A DNA stretch of 24,000 nucleotides, taken from an uncultured Odoribacter sp. (GTDB lineage: Bacteria > Bacteroidota > Bacteroidia > Bacteroidales > Marinifilaceae). The notes below the pieces were generated by a model, which saw only the letters and a list, made by a program, of their open reading frames with translations, searched no databases and had not been told where the DNA came from. The translations under genes and the position numbers were made by a program. The stretch covers positions 1-24,000 of the forward strand of contig CAJTPD010000011.1 in NCBI GenBank assembly GCA_910578105.1. Reading direction: 5' to 3'. How positions within the stretch are numbered: position 1 is the first letter of the stretch; each line of letters opens with the position of its first letter. This document shows positions 1 to 8,096 of the stretch, in pieces.

Positions 1-283
1 CAATTCGCTGCAACAGACATATTAGTTTTATAGAAGCGTTTTTGTTTTTATCCTTGCTTTAGAAACGACCAATTTCAAAACATTGAAGGATAAACGATAC
101 AAACGTTCGCTTGCCGTTATATATTACTCAAATATATATATGGATTAAGCGTGGGTTGGTTGTTTATTTCAATGTGGGTTACTTGGTCGTACCTTAAAGC
201 AGATAAACAGAACAGTTCCCACGCTTCTTTATTTCATATACTTGCCTTTCTGGGGATTTTCAAGGTGCTAAATAATTATTAAT

Positions 284-1039
284 ATGAGAAAACTATTTTA
301 TTTATTCATGGTAGCAATGTGTGCTACTATGTTTACAGCATGTTCAAAAGATGATGACAAAGACCCGTTAGATGATAATGGAGGTAATGGGTCGAAAGAA
401 GGGATGATTACAATGATTGCAGAGAGCGATGAGATTAAGGTGCATATTGAAACTTTTAATGAAGGGGATATTATTACTATAGATTGGGGGGATGGAACTG
501 TGGAAGAGTTTAAAAGTGTTGAAGAATATGACGATTGGGATGAAGATGGCGAAGGTGAAATCTATTATGTAATAAGTATAGATGATTATGTTAAGCATGA
601 ATATTCCAATCGAAATCCCCACATTGTTACAATTAAGGGGAAAATTAAATATTTGGACTGTGGAAACAATAACCTAACTTCATTAGATGTGAGTGGATGT
701 ACGGCATTGACAGAATTGGACTGTTATGGCAATAACCTGACTTCATTAAATGTGAGTGGATGTACGGCATTGACAGAATTGGGCTGTTGGAGCAATAACC
801 TAACTTCATTAGATGTTAGCAAGAATACCGCATTGACATACTTGGACTGTGAGGACAATAAACTAACTTCTTCCGCATTAAACCAGATTTTCAGGGATTT
901 GCCACAAAGAAAAACATGGACAGAGGGTTATGGCTATACTGAACAATCAAGCATCTTTATATATCGCAACCCCGGAAGTGAAACTTGTGACAAGAGTATT
1001 GCAGAAAATAAAGGATGGGAAGTGAATACAATATGGTAA
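284..1039 (+). CDS. Surface-type lipoprotein with leucine-rich repeats (BspA-like style)
   Basis: N-terminal lipobox (MRKLFYLFMVAMCATMFTAC|SKDDDKD) with an acidic stretch after Cys; TIDWGDGTVE motif; three 21-aa repeats NNLTSLDVSGCTALTELDCYG. Confidence 0.8.
   Translation: MRKLFYLFMVAMCATMFTACSKDDDKDPLDDNGGNGSKEGMITMIAESDEIKVHIETFNEGDIITIDWGDGTVEEFKSVEEYDDWDEDGEGEIYYVISIDDYVKHEYSNRNPHIVTIKGKIKYLDCGNNNLTSLDVSGCTALTELDCYGNNLTSLNVSGCTALTELGCWSNNLTSLDVSKNTALTYLDCEDNKLTSSALNQIFRDLPQRKTWTEGYGYTEQSSIFIYRNPGSETCDKSIAENKGWEVNTIW
668..856 (+). repeat. Three tandem 63-bp coding repeats (21-aa LRR units)
   Basis: Units 668-730, 731-793 and 794-856 are near identical at DNA level (aataacctaacttcattagatgtgagtggatgtacggcattgacagaattgg...); the third is more diverged. 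Confidence 0.85.
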
Positions 1040-1123
1040 AAACAAACAAAATAATTTATTAACCTTTTCACCACTCCTGATTCTTTAGGGAGTTGGGGGT
1101 GGTGAAATTAAAAATTTAAAGAT

Positions 1124-2062
1124 ATGACAATTGATAAATTATTTTCCAAATTGAGAAATAACATACCTCTTGCACCCAATAGTAACAAGCCTTTTCATCA
1201 ACACTTACTCGATAATTTTGAAAATTACCTCAGTGGCTTAGAACAATTGAATAGCAATGAATTTCATAAAAGATTCCATAAAATCGAAAAAGAAATTACT
1301 CTGAAAAAATTTATTACAATTGAAAAAAAGATATGTGATATTATTGAAGAATCTATATTAGAGGGAAGAAATGGACGTATAAATTCTGCTTACAAAATGC
1401 TACGTTCTCTATTAAAAAATAAGACAAAAAATCTAAGTGATAACATCTATAATTATTTTGAATGTGATTTTTCAGAAGAAATTAAAGAGTTTTATCGTAT
1501 ACAGAACATGGAACCTGAAAAATATGAATTTCCTAATTCTATGAAACATTGCCCTTTTGAGAATGTTTATCGTACGGGGAATTATAGATTTAGTTTGTCT
1601 GGTTTTCCTTGTTTATATGTAGGTTCTTCTATTGACGTATGCAAATTAGAAACATCAAAACCCAAAGATGGTGAACGATGTTATCAAGCTAAATTTATAC
1701 TAAAAGAGATTCAGCAAAGAGGAAATAAAAAACAACTCTTTTTGAATTTAGTACCTCCTGCAAATTGCACTGATGAAAAAGAATTATTTTATTTTTTATT
1801 ACTATATCCTTTTTATATTGCTTGTTTAGCTAAAAGGAAAGAATCAGAAGGAAATTTCCATGCAGAATATATTATACCACAACTATTATTAATGTATTTA
1901 AGAGAAGAAAAACTCCTTCATGGAATAAAATATCTTTCTACGCATTCTAACGGGAAAGATAATTGTAATGAAATGATAAATTATGTTTTTCCTGTACGAA
2001 ATATAAAGGATAAAGGATTTGATTACGAATTAATAGGACAATTTGAAATGGAAGAAATATAA
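1124..2062 (+). CDS. RES-domain-like protein (putative) with long N-terminal helical extension
   Basis: C-terminal half YRTGNYRFSLSGFPCLYVGSSIDVCKLET...FLLLYPFYIACLAKR...FHAEYIIPQLLLMYLREEKLLHGIKYLSTHS resembles Bacteroidota RES-domain proteins; recognised by eye only. Confidence 0.6.
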   Translation: MTIDKLFSKLRNNIPLAPNSNKPFHQHLLDNFENYLSGLEQLNSNEFHKRFHKIEKEITLKKFITIEKKICDIIEESILEGRNGRINSAYKMLRSLLKNKTKNLSDNIYNYFECDFSEEIKEFYRIQNMEPEKYEFPNSMKHCPFENVYRTGNYRFSLSGFPCLYVGSSIDVCKLETSKPKDGERCYQAKFILKEIQQRGNKKQLFLNLVPPANCTDEKELFYFLLLYPFYIACLAKRKESEGNFHAEYIIPQLLLMYLREEKLLHGIKYLSTHSNGKDNCNEMINYVFPVRNIKDKGFDYELIGQFEMEEI

Positions 2063-2082
2063 TTCATCAAATATTATAAGGA

Positions 2083-2110
2083 AGCCAGCCCCCCTGCTGG
2101 CTTTATTTTT
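2083..2110 (+). terminator. Rho-independent terminator after the RES-like gene
   Basis: agccagc(ccccct)gctggct followed by ttattttt. Confidence 0.75.
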
Positions 2111-2466
2111 ATAGTGGTGAAAAAATACTGTAATTCCAGTTATATATACCTTTTACAAAATTTACCACCAACTGAAAATATATGAGTACAGGAGTAGATA
2201 AAGTCAGTATTTTATTACGACAGAAAGAATATGAACCTAAAATGTGAATGCCTATGGAGAATATAGAATGAGACAAAACAAAAATTTGGTCGTTTATATA
2301 CCTCCAGATAAAAATATCTCACTTGCAAAAAGACAAGATTAAGCATATATTTACGTCACAAACAACAAAACAACAGAGTGAAATAACAATAGTATTAACT
2401 TACTTTCGTTTACTTGACAAGTTAAACCATGAGTTAAACCGGAACAAAAGAAGAAGTAACTATAAA

Positions 2467-2571
2467 GCGGAAATAGCTCAGTCGAAGCGGGCAAAAGCGC
2501 AGCTTTTGACTGCCTTGTAGAGCACTAGCCTTCCAAGCCGAAGGTCGCGGGTTCGAGCCCCGTTTTCCGCT
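2467..2571 (+). tRNA. tRNA-Gly(TCC)-like gene with enlarged D-loop; possible pseudo-tRNA
   Basis: Acceptor GCGGAAA/TTTCCGC perfect; T-arm GCGGG-TTCGAGC-CCCGT; anticodon loop CTTCCAA (TCC); D-stem GCTC/GAGC, but 40 nt between D-stem halves instead of about 8, and anticodon stem CTAGC/GCCGA has two mismatches and a wobble. Confidence 0.6.
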
Positions 2572-2580
2572 CTCTGAATG

Positions 2581-2612
2581 AGGTAGTTATGAAAGTAGCT
2601 ACCTTTTTCTTT
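2581..2612 (+). terminator. Rho-independent terminator downstream of tRNA-Gly-like gene
   Basis: aggtagtta(tgaaag)tagctacct followed by a T-rich run tttctttg. Confidence 0.65.
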
Positions 2613-2809
2613 GTTCTGCATTTTAGTTGCATCCGGCAATTAATGTAAACCGAAACGTCAACCAACTTTTCAATATAGAAGCCTGTATTTCAGTCAAAAT
2701 CCCCCATCATTCTGAAACAAATTTAACTCCTTTCAGAAAGGCAGTATAATATTATTGCCGATGCCCGGATTTTTTTATAATTTAGCAGCTTGTAAATTAA
2801 TAAGAAATT

Positions 2810-3487
2810 ATGAATTTAAAAGACGAATTTCAGAAATATGCTCTCAGTAACCGGGGAATCAGCAGTCTAAATCTGCATCGCTATCAAACAGCAGCGAACA
2901 GTTACATCACTCCCAACATCATCGAAGAACGCCAGTTAAACATTGCTACAATGGATGTTTTTTCACGTTTGATGATGGACCGGATTATTTTTCTGGGTGT
3001 ACCTATTGATGATGATGTGGCTAACATTATTATGGCTCAGTTATTGTTTTTGGAAACAGCAGATCCGGGAAGGGATATTCAACTATACTTCAACAGTCCG
3101 GGAGGTTCCATCTATGCCGGACTTGGTATCTACGACACCATGCAATTTATCAACTGCGACGTAGCCACCATCTGTACAGGTCTGGCAGCTTCCATGGCAG
3201 CAGTTCTGATGTGTGCCGGGACCCAAGGGAAACGCTCCGCCTTAAAACACTCCCGTATCATGATCCATCAACCCATGAGCGGAGTTCAGGGACAGGCATC
3301 CGACATTGAAATCACTTCCCGGGAAGTTCAGAAATTAAAAAAAGAACTTTACTCTATCATTTCAGAACATTCCGGTCAGCCACTCAAAAAAGTAGAAAAA
3401 GATTCTGACCGCGACTATTGGATGACGGCCGGCGAAGCAAAAGAATACGGTATGATCGATGTGATATTAACCAGAGAGAAAAAATAA
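2810..3487 (+). CDS. clpP: ATP-dependent Clp protease proteolytic subunit
   Basis: YFNSPGGSIYAGLGIYDTMQ, catalytic Ser context GLAASMAAVL, HSRIMIHQP; next to clpX. Confidence 0.97.
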   Translation: MNLKDEFQKYALSNRGISSLNLHRYQTAANSYITPNIIEERQLNIATMDVFSRLMMDRIIFLGVPIDDDVANIIMAQLLFLETADPGRDIQLYFNSPGGSIYAGLGIYDTMQFINCDVATICTGLAASMAAVLMCAGTQGKRSALKHSRIMIHQPMSGVQGQASDIEITSREVQKLKKELYSIISEHSGQPLKKVEKDSDRDYWMTAGEAKEYGMIDVILTREKK

Positions 3488-3493
3488 TTATCC

Positions 3494-4708
3494 ATGCAAG
3501 ATAAATGTTCATTTTGCGGAAGAAACCGCAACGAAGTCAACTTGCTCATTGCCGGAACCGACGGCTTTATCTGTGACGAGTGTGCCTCACAAGCTTATGA
3601 GATTGTTCAGGAAGAAATGAAAAATAAATCTACCCTGAATCTGGATAATATTGAAATAAAAAAACCTTTAGAAATCAAAGCGTTTCTGGACCTTTATGTA
3701 ATCGGACAAGACGAAGCTAAAAAACACCTGGCAGTAGCAGTCTACAATCATTACAAACGTTTATTGCACAAAGGCGATAAAGACGATGTGGAAATTGAAA
3801 AATCTAATATCGTCATGGTCGGTCGTACAGGCACCGGTAAAACTCTGCTTGCCCGCACCATAGCTAAAATGCTGCATGTGCCATTCACTATTGTTGATGC
3901 TACCGTATTAACAGAAGCCGGTTATGTCGGAGAGGACATCGAATCTATTCTAACTCGTTTACTTCAGGCAGCAGATTATGACGTTGAAGCTGCCGAAAAA
4001 GGAATTGTATTTATCGACGAACTGGACAAAATTGCCCGTAAAGGCGACAATCCGTCCATTACCCGGGACGTTAGCGGTGAAGGCGTACAGCAAGGATTAC
4101 TGAAATTACTGGAAGGCTCCGTTGTAAATGTCCCTCCTCAGGGCGGACGCAAACATCCGGATCAAAAAATGATTCCGGTAAATACAAAAAATATTCTCTT
4201 TATCTGCGGAGGAGCTTTCGATGGTATTGAGAAAAAAATAGCAGCCCGTATGAACTCTATGGTTGTGGGATTTAACGCCAGTCAAGCATCTGAAAAGATT
4301 GACCGGGAAAATTTTTTACAATATATAGCTCCGCAGGACTTGAAGTCTTTTGGACTGATTCCGGAAATCATCGGACGTCTGCCTGTCCTCACTTATTTAG
4401 AACCCTTGGATCGCCAAGCTCTGCGTAATATCCTGACCGAACCGAAAAATGCCATTATCCGGCAATACATTAAATTATTTGAACTGGATGGAATTACATT
4501 GCAATTCGACGAAAGCGTTTACGAATTTATCGTGGATAAAGCCATTGAATTCCGGTTGGGTGCACGCGGACTTCGCTCTATTTGTGAAGCTATTATGACC
4601 GACCTCATGTTTGAAATACCTTCCCAAAACAAGAAAAGCGTTACTATAACAAAGGCCTATGCCGAAGAAAAATTAAGCAGGATACAGGCCCAAAAACTAA
4701 GGGCATAA
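3494..4708 (+). CDS. clpX: ATP-dependent Clp protease ATP-binding subunit ClpX
   Basis: N-terminal zinc domain [11 protein letters not shown]...ICDECA; Walker A GRTGTGKT; Walker [12 protein letters not shown]; GARGLR sensor motif. Confidence 0.98.
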   Translation: MQDKCSFCGRNRNEVNLLIAGTDGFICDECASQAYEIVQEEMKNKSTLNLDNIEIKKPLEIKAFLDLYVIGQDEAKKHLAVAVYNHYKRLLHKGDKDDVEIEKSNIVMVGRTGTGKTLLARTIAKMLHVPFTIVDATVLTEAGYVGEDIESILTRLLQAADYDVEAAEKGIVFIDELDKIARKGDNPSITRDVSGEGVQQGLLKLLEGSVVNVPPQGGRKHPDQKMIPVNTKNILFICGGAFDGIEKKIAARMNSMVVGFNASQASEKIDRENFLQYIAPQDLKSFGLIPEIIGRLPVLTYLEPLDRQALRNILTEPKNAIIRQYIKLFELDGITLQFDESVYEFIVDKAIEFRLGARGLRSICEAIMTDLMFEIPSQNKKSVTITKAYAEEKLSRIQAQKLRA

Positions 4709-4720
4709 TTTCATTGAAAA

Positions 4721-4758
4721 GAATGTGTCAAAGACCGTTTCCGGATTTTGACACATTC
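4721..4758. terminator. Perfect 12-bp hairpin in convergent intergenic region
   Basis: gaatgtgtcaaa (4721-4732) and tttgacacattc (4747-4758); no clear U tract, so terminator function is uncertain. Confidence 0.45.
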
Positions 4759-4768
4759 TCCTCTTCAT

Positions 4769-5254
4769 TCAAATGGCAACGTTACTCAAAAGTCCATAAG
4801 GTATTTTGGTCAGATTTTCTCCCAACATATTAATTCCTTTTTCCAATTTCCCTTTAAGCATCATTTTTAACATCATATTCAACTCCCCTTGAAAGGTAAT
4901 TTTCAGACGGGTATCATAAGGGCCATTCTCCAACAATTGTATCCAAAGATTAAAATCAAAAGGTAAAACGCCGTCCCCGCCTAATTTGATCAGCTTTGGT
5001 TCTTCTTTCTCTACTATTTTAACTGCCAACTCCCCCATGCCTTTCAAGGTTACATAACAAGCATCTTGTGTGAAACGGACATCTTCAATCTTTTCTGATA
5101 CTTTTTCCAGCTCTATATTTCCATTTGTCATTCCCATCTGCTTCGCCATTTCAACTAAACGTCCGATTCTGTTGAAATCAGATAACAGGGCATACACATC
5201 TTTAATCGGACTTTCAATTTTAAAAATTTCGCTTGCGATTTTTGTTACAGACAT
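4769..5254 (-). CDS. SRPBCC-superfamily-like protein
   Basis: MSVTKIASEIFKIESPIKDVYALLSDFNRIGRL... resembles the START/SRPBCC N-terminus. The ORF track start at 5308 extends upstream; MSVTK start at 5254 is preferred. Confidence 0.6.
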   Translation of the reverse strand: MSVTKIASEIFKIESPIKDVYALLSDFNRIGRLVEMAKQMGMTNGNIELEKVSEKIEDVRFTQDACYVTLKGMGELAVKIVEKEEPKLIKLGGDGVLPFDFNLWIQLLENGPYDTRLKITFQGELNMMLKMMLKGKLEKGINMLGENLTKIPYGLLSNVAI

Positions 5255-5323
5255 AATAAAACGCACTGATTTATCCTGTATCAACCCGGTAAATCTGCCG
5301 CCAGTCAATACAAAAGGAAATGA

Positions 5324-5953
5324 TTATTTATAAGTTTCCGGACTCAAACGCCATTCTTTCAATTTATCTACCTGTTCCGGTTTTACATAACCGATTTTTA
5401 ATGCCAAATCAATCATAGCATTGTAATTACTTAAAGTAGTCAGTTCACATCCGGCATTTTTAAAATTATCTTCTGCTTTCCGGAAACCATAAGTAAATAT
5501 GGCTGTCATTCCCAACACTTCACATCCGCCGTTCCGTAAAGCTTCTACCGCCTGCAAACTGGAACCTCCCGTAGATACAAGATCTTCTATCACCACAACC
5601 TTTTGCCCTGCTTTATATTCACCTTCAATCAGATTTTCCAAACCATGACTTTTTGCTGAAGAACGTACATAGATAAAAGGTAAATTTAACTCCTGAGCCA
5701 CCAATACCCCCTGTGCAATTGCTCCTGTCGCCACTCCGGCAATAACTTCTGCTTCAGGATATTTCTCCCTGACCAGTGCTGCAAACTGTTCTTTTATATA
5801 TGAACGGACTTCCGGATAAGATAAAGTTTTGCGGTTATCACAATAAATTGGCGATTTCCAGCCTGATGCCCAAGTAAATGGATGGTTAGGCTCCAATTTG
5901 ATTGCTTTAATATCTAACAAATAGGATGCCACTTTTTCAGCAACTGTACTCAT
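5324..5953 (-). CDS. pyrE: Orotate phosphoribosyltransferase
   Basis: PRPP loop VVVIEDLVSTGGSSLQAVEALR; FTWASGWKSPIYCDNR; size 209 aa. Confidence 0.95.
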   Translation of the reverse strand: MSTVAEKVASYLLDIKAIKLEPNHPFTWASGWKSPIYCDNRKTLSYPEVRSYIKEQFAALVREKYPEAEVIAGVATGAIAQGVLVAQELNLPFIYVRSSAKSHGLENLIEGEYKAGQKVVVIEDLVSTGGSSLQAVEALRNGGCEVLGMTAIFTYGFRKAEDNFKNAGCELTTLSNYNAMIDLALKIGYVKPEQVDKLKEWRLSPETYK

Positions 5954-5987
5954 TTTTACGTATTTTTGTATTAGTAATTATAAATTT

Positions 5988-6614
5988 TTGCAAATGTATA
6001 AAGTATTTTTTAAAGACAGTTGTTTTTTACTCACGGATGAACAGAATTTACTAAAAGAAGGAACTCATCAACTGCTTCATGAAAACTTCAGCGACACCAA
6101 ATCGTTTATTTGTAACTTACGGAAAGAAAAAAACAAATTCACAGCAGTAATATATGGCGAAGATGTGGAAGAGTTATTCTCCATTTTTAAATCCTGCTTT
6201 TTATACGTCAAAGCAGCAGGAGGTGCCGTACAGCAAAAAAATCAGCTTCTCGTCATTAAACGCTTGGGAGTATACGATTTGCCTAAAGGACATCAAGAGC
6301 CCCATGAAACCCTGGAACAATGCGCTGTCCGGGAAGTTGAAGAAGAATGCGGCATTCAAGGCATACAAATCACAAATCATTTAACTGATACATTACACAT
6401 TTATTTCCGAAACGGAAACTGGTTTCTGAAAAAAACGTATTGGTACACCATGACCTCTCCGGAAAATCCGGCTCTGACCCCCCAAACAGAAGAAGATATT
6501 GAAGAAGTCTTCTGGTTAGCCACCCATGAAATAAATACTATAAAAACGAATACCTACCCTTCTTTGCTGGAAGTATTTGAAAAAATACAAAATAATTCAG
6601 AATCATTTTTGTAA
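5988..6614 (+). CDS. NUDIX hydrolase
   Basis: Exact Nudix box GHQEPHETLEQCAVREVEEECGI (Gx5Ex7REUxEExGU). Confidence 0.93.
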   Translation: MQMYKVFFKDSCFLLTDEQNLLKEGTHQLLHENFSDTKSFICNLRKEKNKFTAVIYGEDVEELFSIFKSCFLYVKAAGGAVQQKNQLLVIKRLGVYDLPKGHQEPHETLEQCAVREVEEECGIQGIQITNHLTDTLHIYFRNGNWFLKKTYWYTMTSPENPALTPQTEEDIEEVFWLATHEINTIKTNTYPSLLEVFEKIQNNSESFL

Positions 6615-7604
6615 ACTATAAATAATCCGCCTCAATTCAGGATAAGCGTTATCCAGTTTTCCACTGTCAAACAATCCGGCTATGTTTCTTAGTCCCGGAC
6701 GAATAGAGTCTATAAAATGTTGTTTCCGTTCATAAAGTCCTCTTAACCCAAACGCTCCCATAGCCTGCAAAAGCCGGACTAAAACAAAATGGTAATAATC
6801 CTGCCTGAACTGTTTGCTGTCCGTCAACCGATATTGCTGCAACCCGGTTATGTAATATTCCAGCAATTCCTCCCGCTGTCCGTCAGGAATACGAACAATT
6901 GCATCATACAATAAAGATGCAACATCATATTGTAAAGCCCCTTGTCGTCCTCCCTGATAATCGATAAACCAAACTTCCTCATTACGGACCATAATATTAC
7001 GTGATTGAAAATCCCGGAACATAAAAGCCTGTATCTCTACGTTACACAAACGACAAACCAATTGTTCGAAATCATTTTCCAAAGCATCTTCCGAAAAAAC
7101 TGCATCTGTCAACCGCAGAAAACAATACTTAAAATAATTCAGGTCCCAAAGGATACAACGCCGGTCAAATTGAGGACGAGGAACACAACGGGAATAATCC
7201 ATTCCCTGATTCCCCCATATTTGAAAACGCAATAATTCATCCAAAGCTTTTTTATACAACTCTACCAAATGCTCATTCAACCAATCTCCCTCGCGTTCTT
7301 TCTCTACAACATCCAACAACATTTTATTTCCCAAATCTTCCTGTATATAAGCCAATTTATCAACAGATACAGCATAAATCAACGGAACATGTAACCCTTT
7401 AGCCTCAAAATGCCGGGAAAAATCAAGAAACAAAGTATTTTCTTCTACATTTTGATTCCATGTTCCGATATAAGAACTTTCCCCGCTATACAAACGATAA
7501 TATTTCCGGGCTGAGCCAGACTCCGGCAATAACTCCGTCTTATCCGGCAATTTCCCGGAAAACTTTTCAAATAAATCAATAACTATTTCTTCCATAATCT
7601 GCAA
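6603..7604 (-). CDS. Phosphotransferase (aminoglycoside phosphotransferase/choline kinase-like family)
   Basis: Kinase-like motifs FRDFQSRNIMV and VWFIDYQGGRQGALQYDVASLLYD; overlaps the 3' end of the Nudix gene by 12 bp. Confidence 0.75.
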   Translation of the reverse strand: MQIMEEIVIDLFEKFSGKLPDKTELLPESGSARKYYRLYSGESSYIGTWNQNVEENTLFLDFSRHFEAKGLHVPLIYAVSVDKLAYIQEDLGNKMLLDVVEKEREGDWLNEHLVELYKKALDELLRFQIWGNQGMDYSRCVPRPQFDRRCILWDLNYFKYCFLRLTDAVFSEDALENDFEQLVCRLCNVEIQAFMFRDFQSRNIMVRNEEVWFIDYQGGRQGALQYDVASLLYDAIVRIPDGQREELLEYYITGLQQYRLTDSKQFRQDYYHFVLVRLLQAMGAFGLRGLYERKQHFIDSIRPGLRNIAGLFDSGKLDNAYPELRRIIYSLQK

Positions 7605-7625
7605 AATTACAACACAGACTTTTCA

Positions 7626-7667
7626 AAACATAAAACCCCACCGTAAATACAGCGGGGTTTTATGTTT
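7626..7667 (-). terminator. Strong hairpin terminator downstream of tRNA array
   Basis: 14-bp perfect inverted repeat aaacataaaacccc (7626-7639) / ggggttttatgttt (7654-7667). Confidence 0.8.
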
Positions 7668-7673
7668 ATTTAG

Positions 7674-7757
7674 TGCCCAGGACAAGACTCGAACTTGCAC
7701 AGCCTTTCGACCACTACCACCTCAAAGTAGCGTGTATACCAATTTCACCACCTGGGC
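7674..7757 (-). tRNA. tRNA-Leu(GAG)
   Basis: Reverse complement GCCCAGGTGGTGAAATTGGTATACACGCTACTTTGAGGTGGTAGTG...GTTCGAGTCTTGTCCTGGGCA; acceptor GCCCAGG/CCTGGGC; anticodon loop TTGAGGT. Confidence 0.93.
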
Positions 7758-7767
7758 GATTAAAAAG

Positions 7768-7851
7768 TGCCCGAAATAGGACTCGAACCTACACGGCCGT
7801 GAAGCCACTAGTACCTGAAACTAGCGTGTATACCAATTTCACCATTCGGGC
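7768..7851 (-). tRNA. tRNA-Leu(CAG), copy 1
   Basis: Reverse complement GCCCGAATGGTGAAATTGG...CTAGTTTCAGGTACTAG...GGTTCGAGTCCTATTTCGGGCA; long variable arm. Confidence 0.93.
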
Positions 7852-7885
7852 AATTTATTTTTTAAAGAACTTCGAAGGAGAAAAG

Positions 7886-7969
7886 TGCCCAAGATAGGAC
7901 TCGAACCTACACGGCCGCGAAGCCACTAGTACCTGAAACTAGCGTGTATACCAATTTCACCACTTGGGC
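7886..7969 (-). tRNA. tRNA-Leu(CAG), copy 2
   Basis: Reverse complement GCCCAAGTGGTGAAATTGG...CTAGTTTCAGGTACTAG...GGTTCGAGTCCTATCTTGGGCA; acceptor GCCCAAG/CTTGGGC. Confidence 0.93.
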
Positions 7970-7976
7970 GTCAAGT

Positions 7977-8049
7977 GTTGTCCCACCAGGACTCGAACCT
8001 GGACTGACAGAACCAAAACCTGCTGTGCTGCCATTACACAATGGGACAA
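7977..8049 (-). tRNA. tRNA-Gln(TTG)
   Basis: Reverse complement TTGTCCCATGGTGTAATGGCAGCACAGCAGGTTTTGGTTCTGT...GGTTCGAGTCCTGGTGGGACAA; anticodon loop TTTTGGT. Confidence 0.88.
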
Positions 8050-8064
8050 TCATTTTTGACGGTG

Positions 8065-8096
8065 CAAATATAGAACGTTTTTTGTTTTCTAACAAA
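8065..8096 (-). promoter_or_regulatory. Bacteroidota-type promoter for the Gln-Leu-Leu-Leu tRNA array
   Basis: On minus strand TTTG (complement of 8093-8096), 20-nt spacer, TATATTTG (complement of 8065-8072); ends about 16 bp upstream of tRNA-Gln. Confidence 0.75.

Noticed and set aside
129-136. Minus-strand TATATTTG-like -7 box (CAAATATA)
   Set aside because: No -33 TTTG partner at the correct spacing and no gene to drive.
147-226. 9-bp inverted repeat aagcgtggg (147-155) / cccacgctt (218-226)
   Set aside because: Short arms 62 bp apart with no transposase or target duplication visible; could be chance or an old remnant.
2323-2520. 65-aa ORF ending inside the tRNA-Gly-like gene
   Set aside because: Overlaps the tRNA D-loop insertion and has no recognisable family; most likely a chance reading frame.
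5070-5333. 87-aa plus-strand ORF
   Set aside because: Antisense to the SRPBCC-like coding region, no recognisable features.
7673-7897. Plus-strand ORF MPRTRLELAQPFDHYHLKVACIPISPPG...
   Set aside because: Lies antisense across the tRNA-Leu genes; its apparent repeat structure comes from the tandem tRNAs.
7674-7969. Three evenly spaced similar units that could be taken for a CRISPR-like array
   Set aside because: Each unit folds as a complete tRNA-Leu with matching acceptor stems and anticodons; spacers are 10 and 34 bp, not regular.
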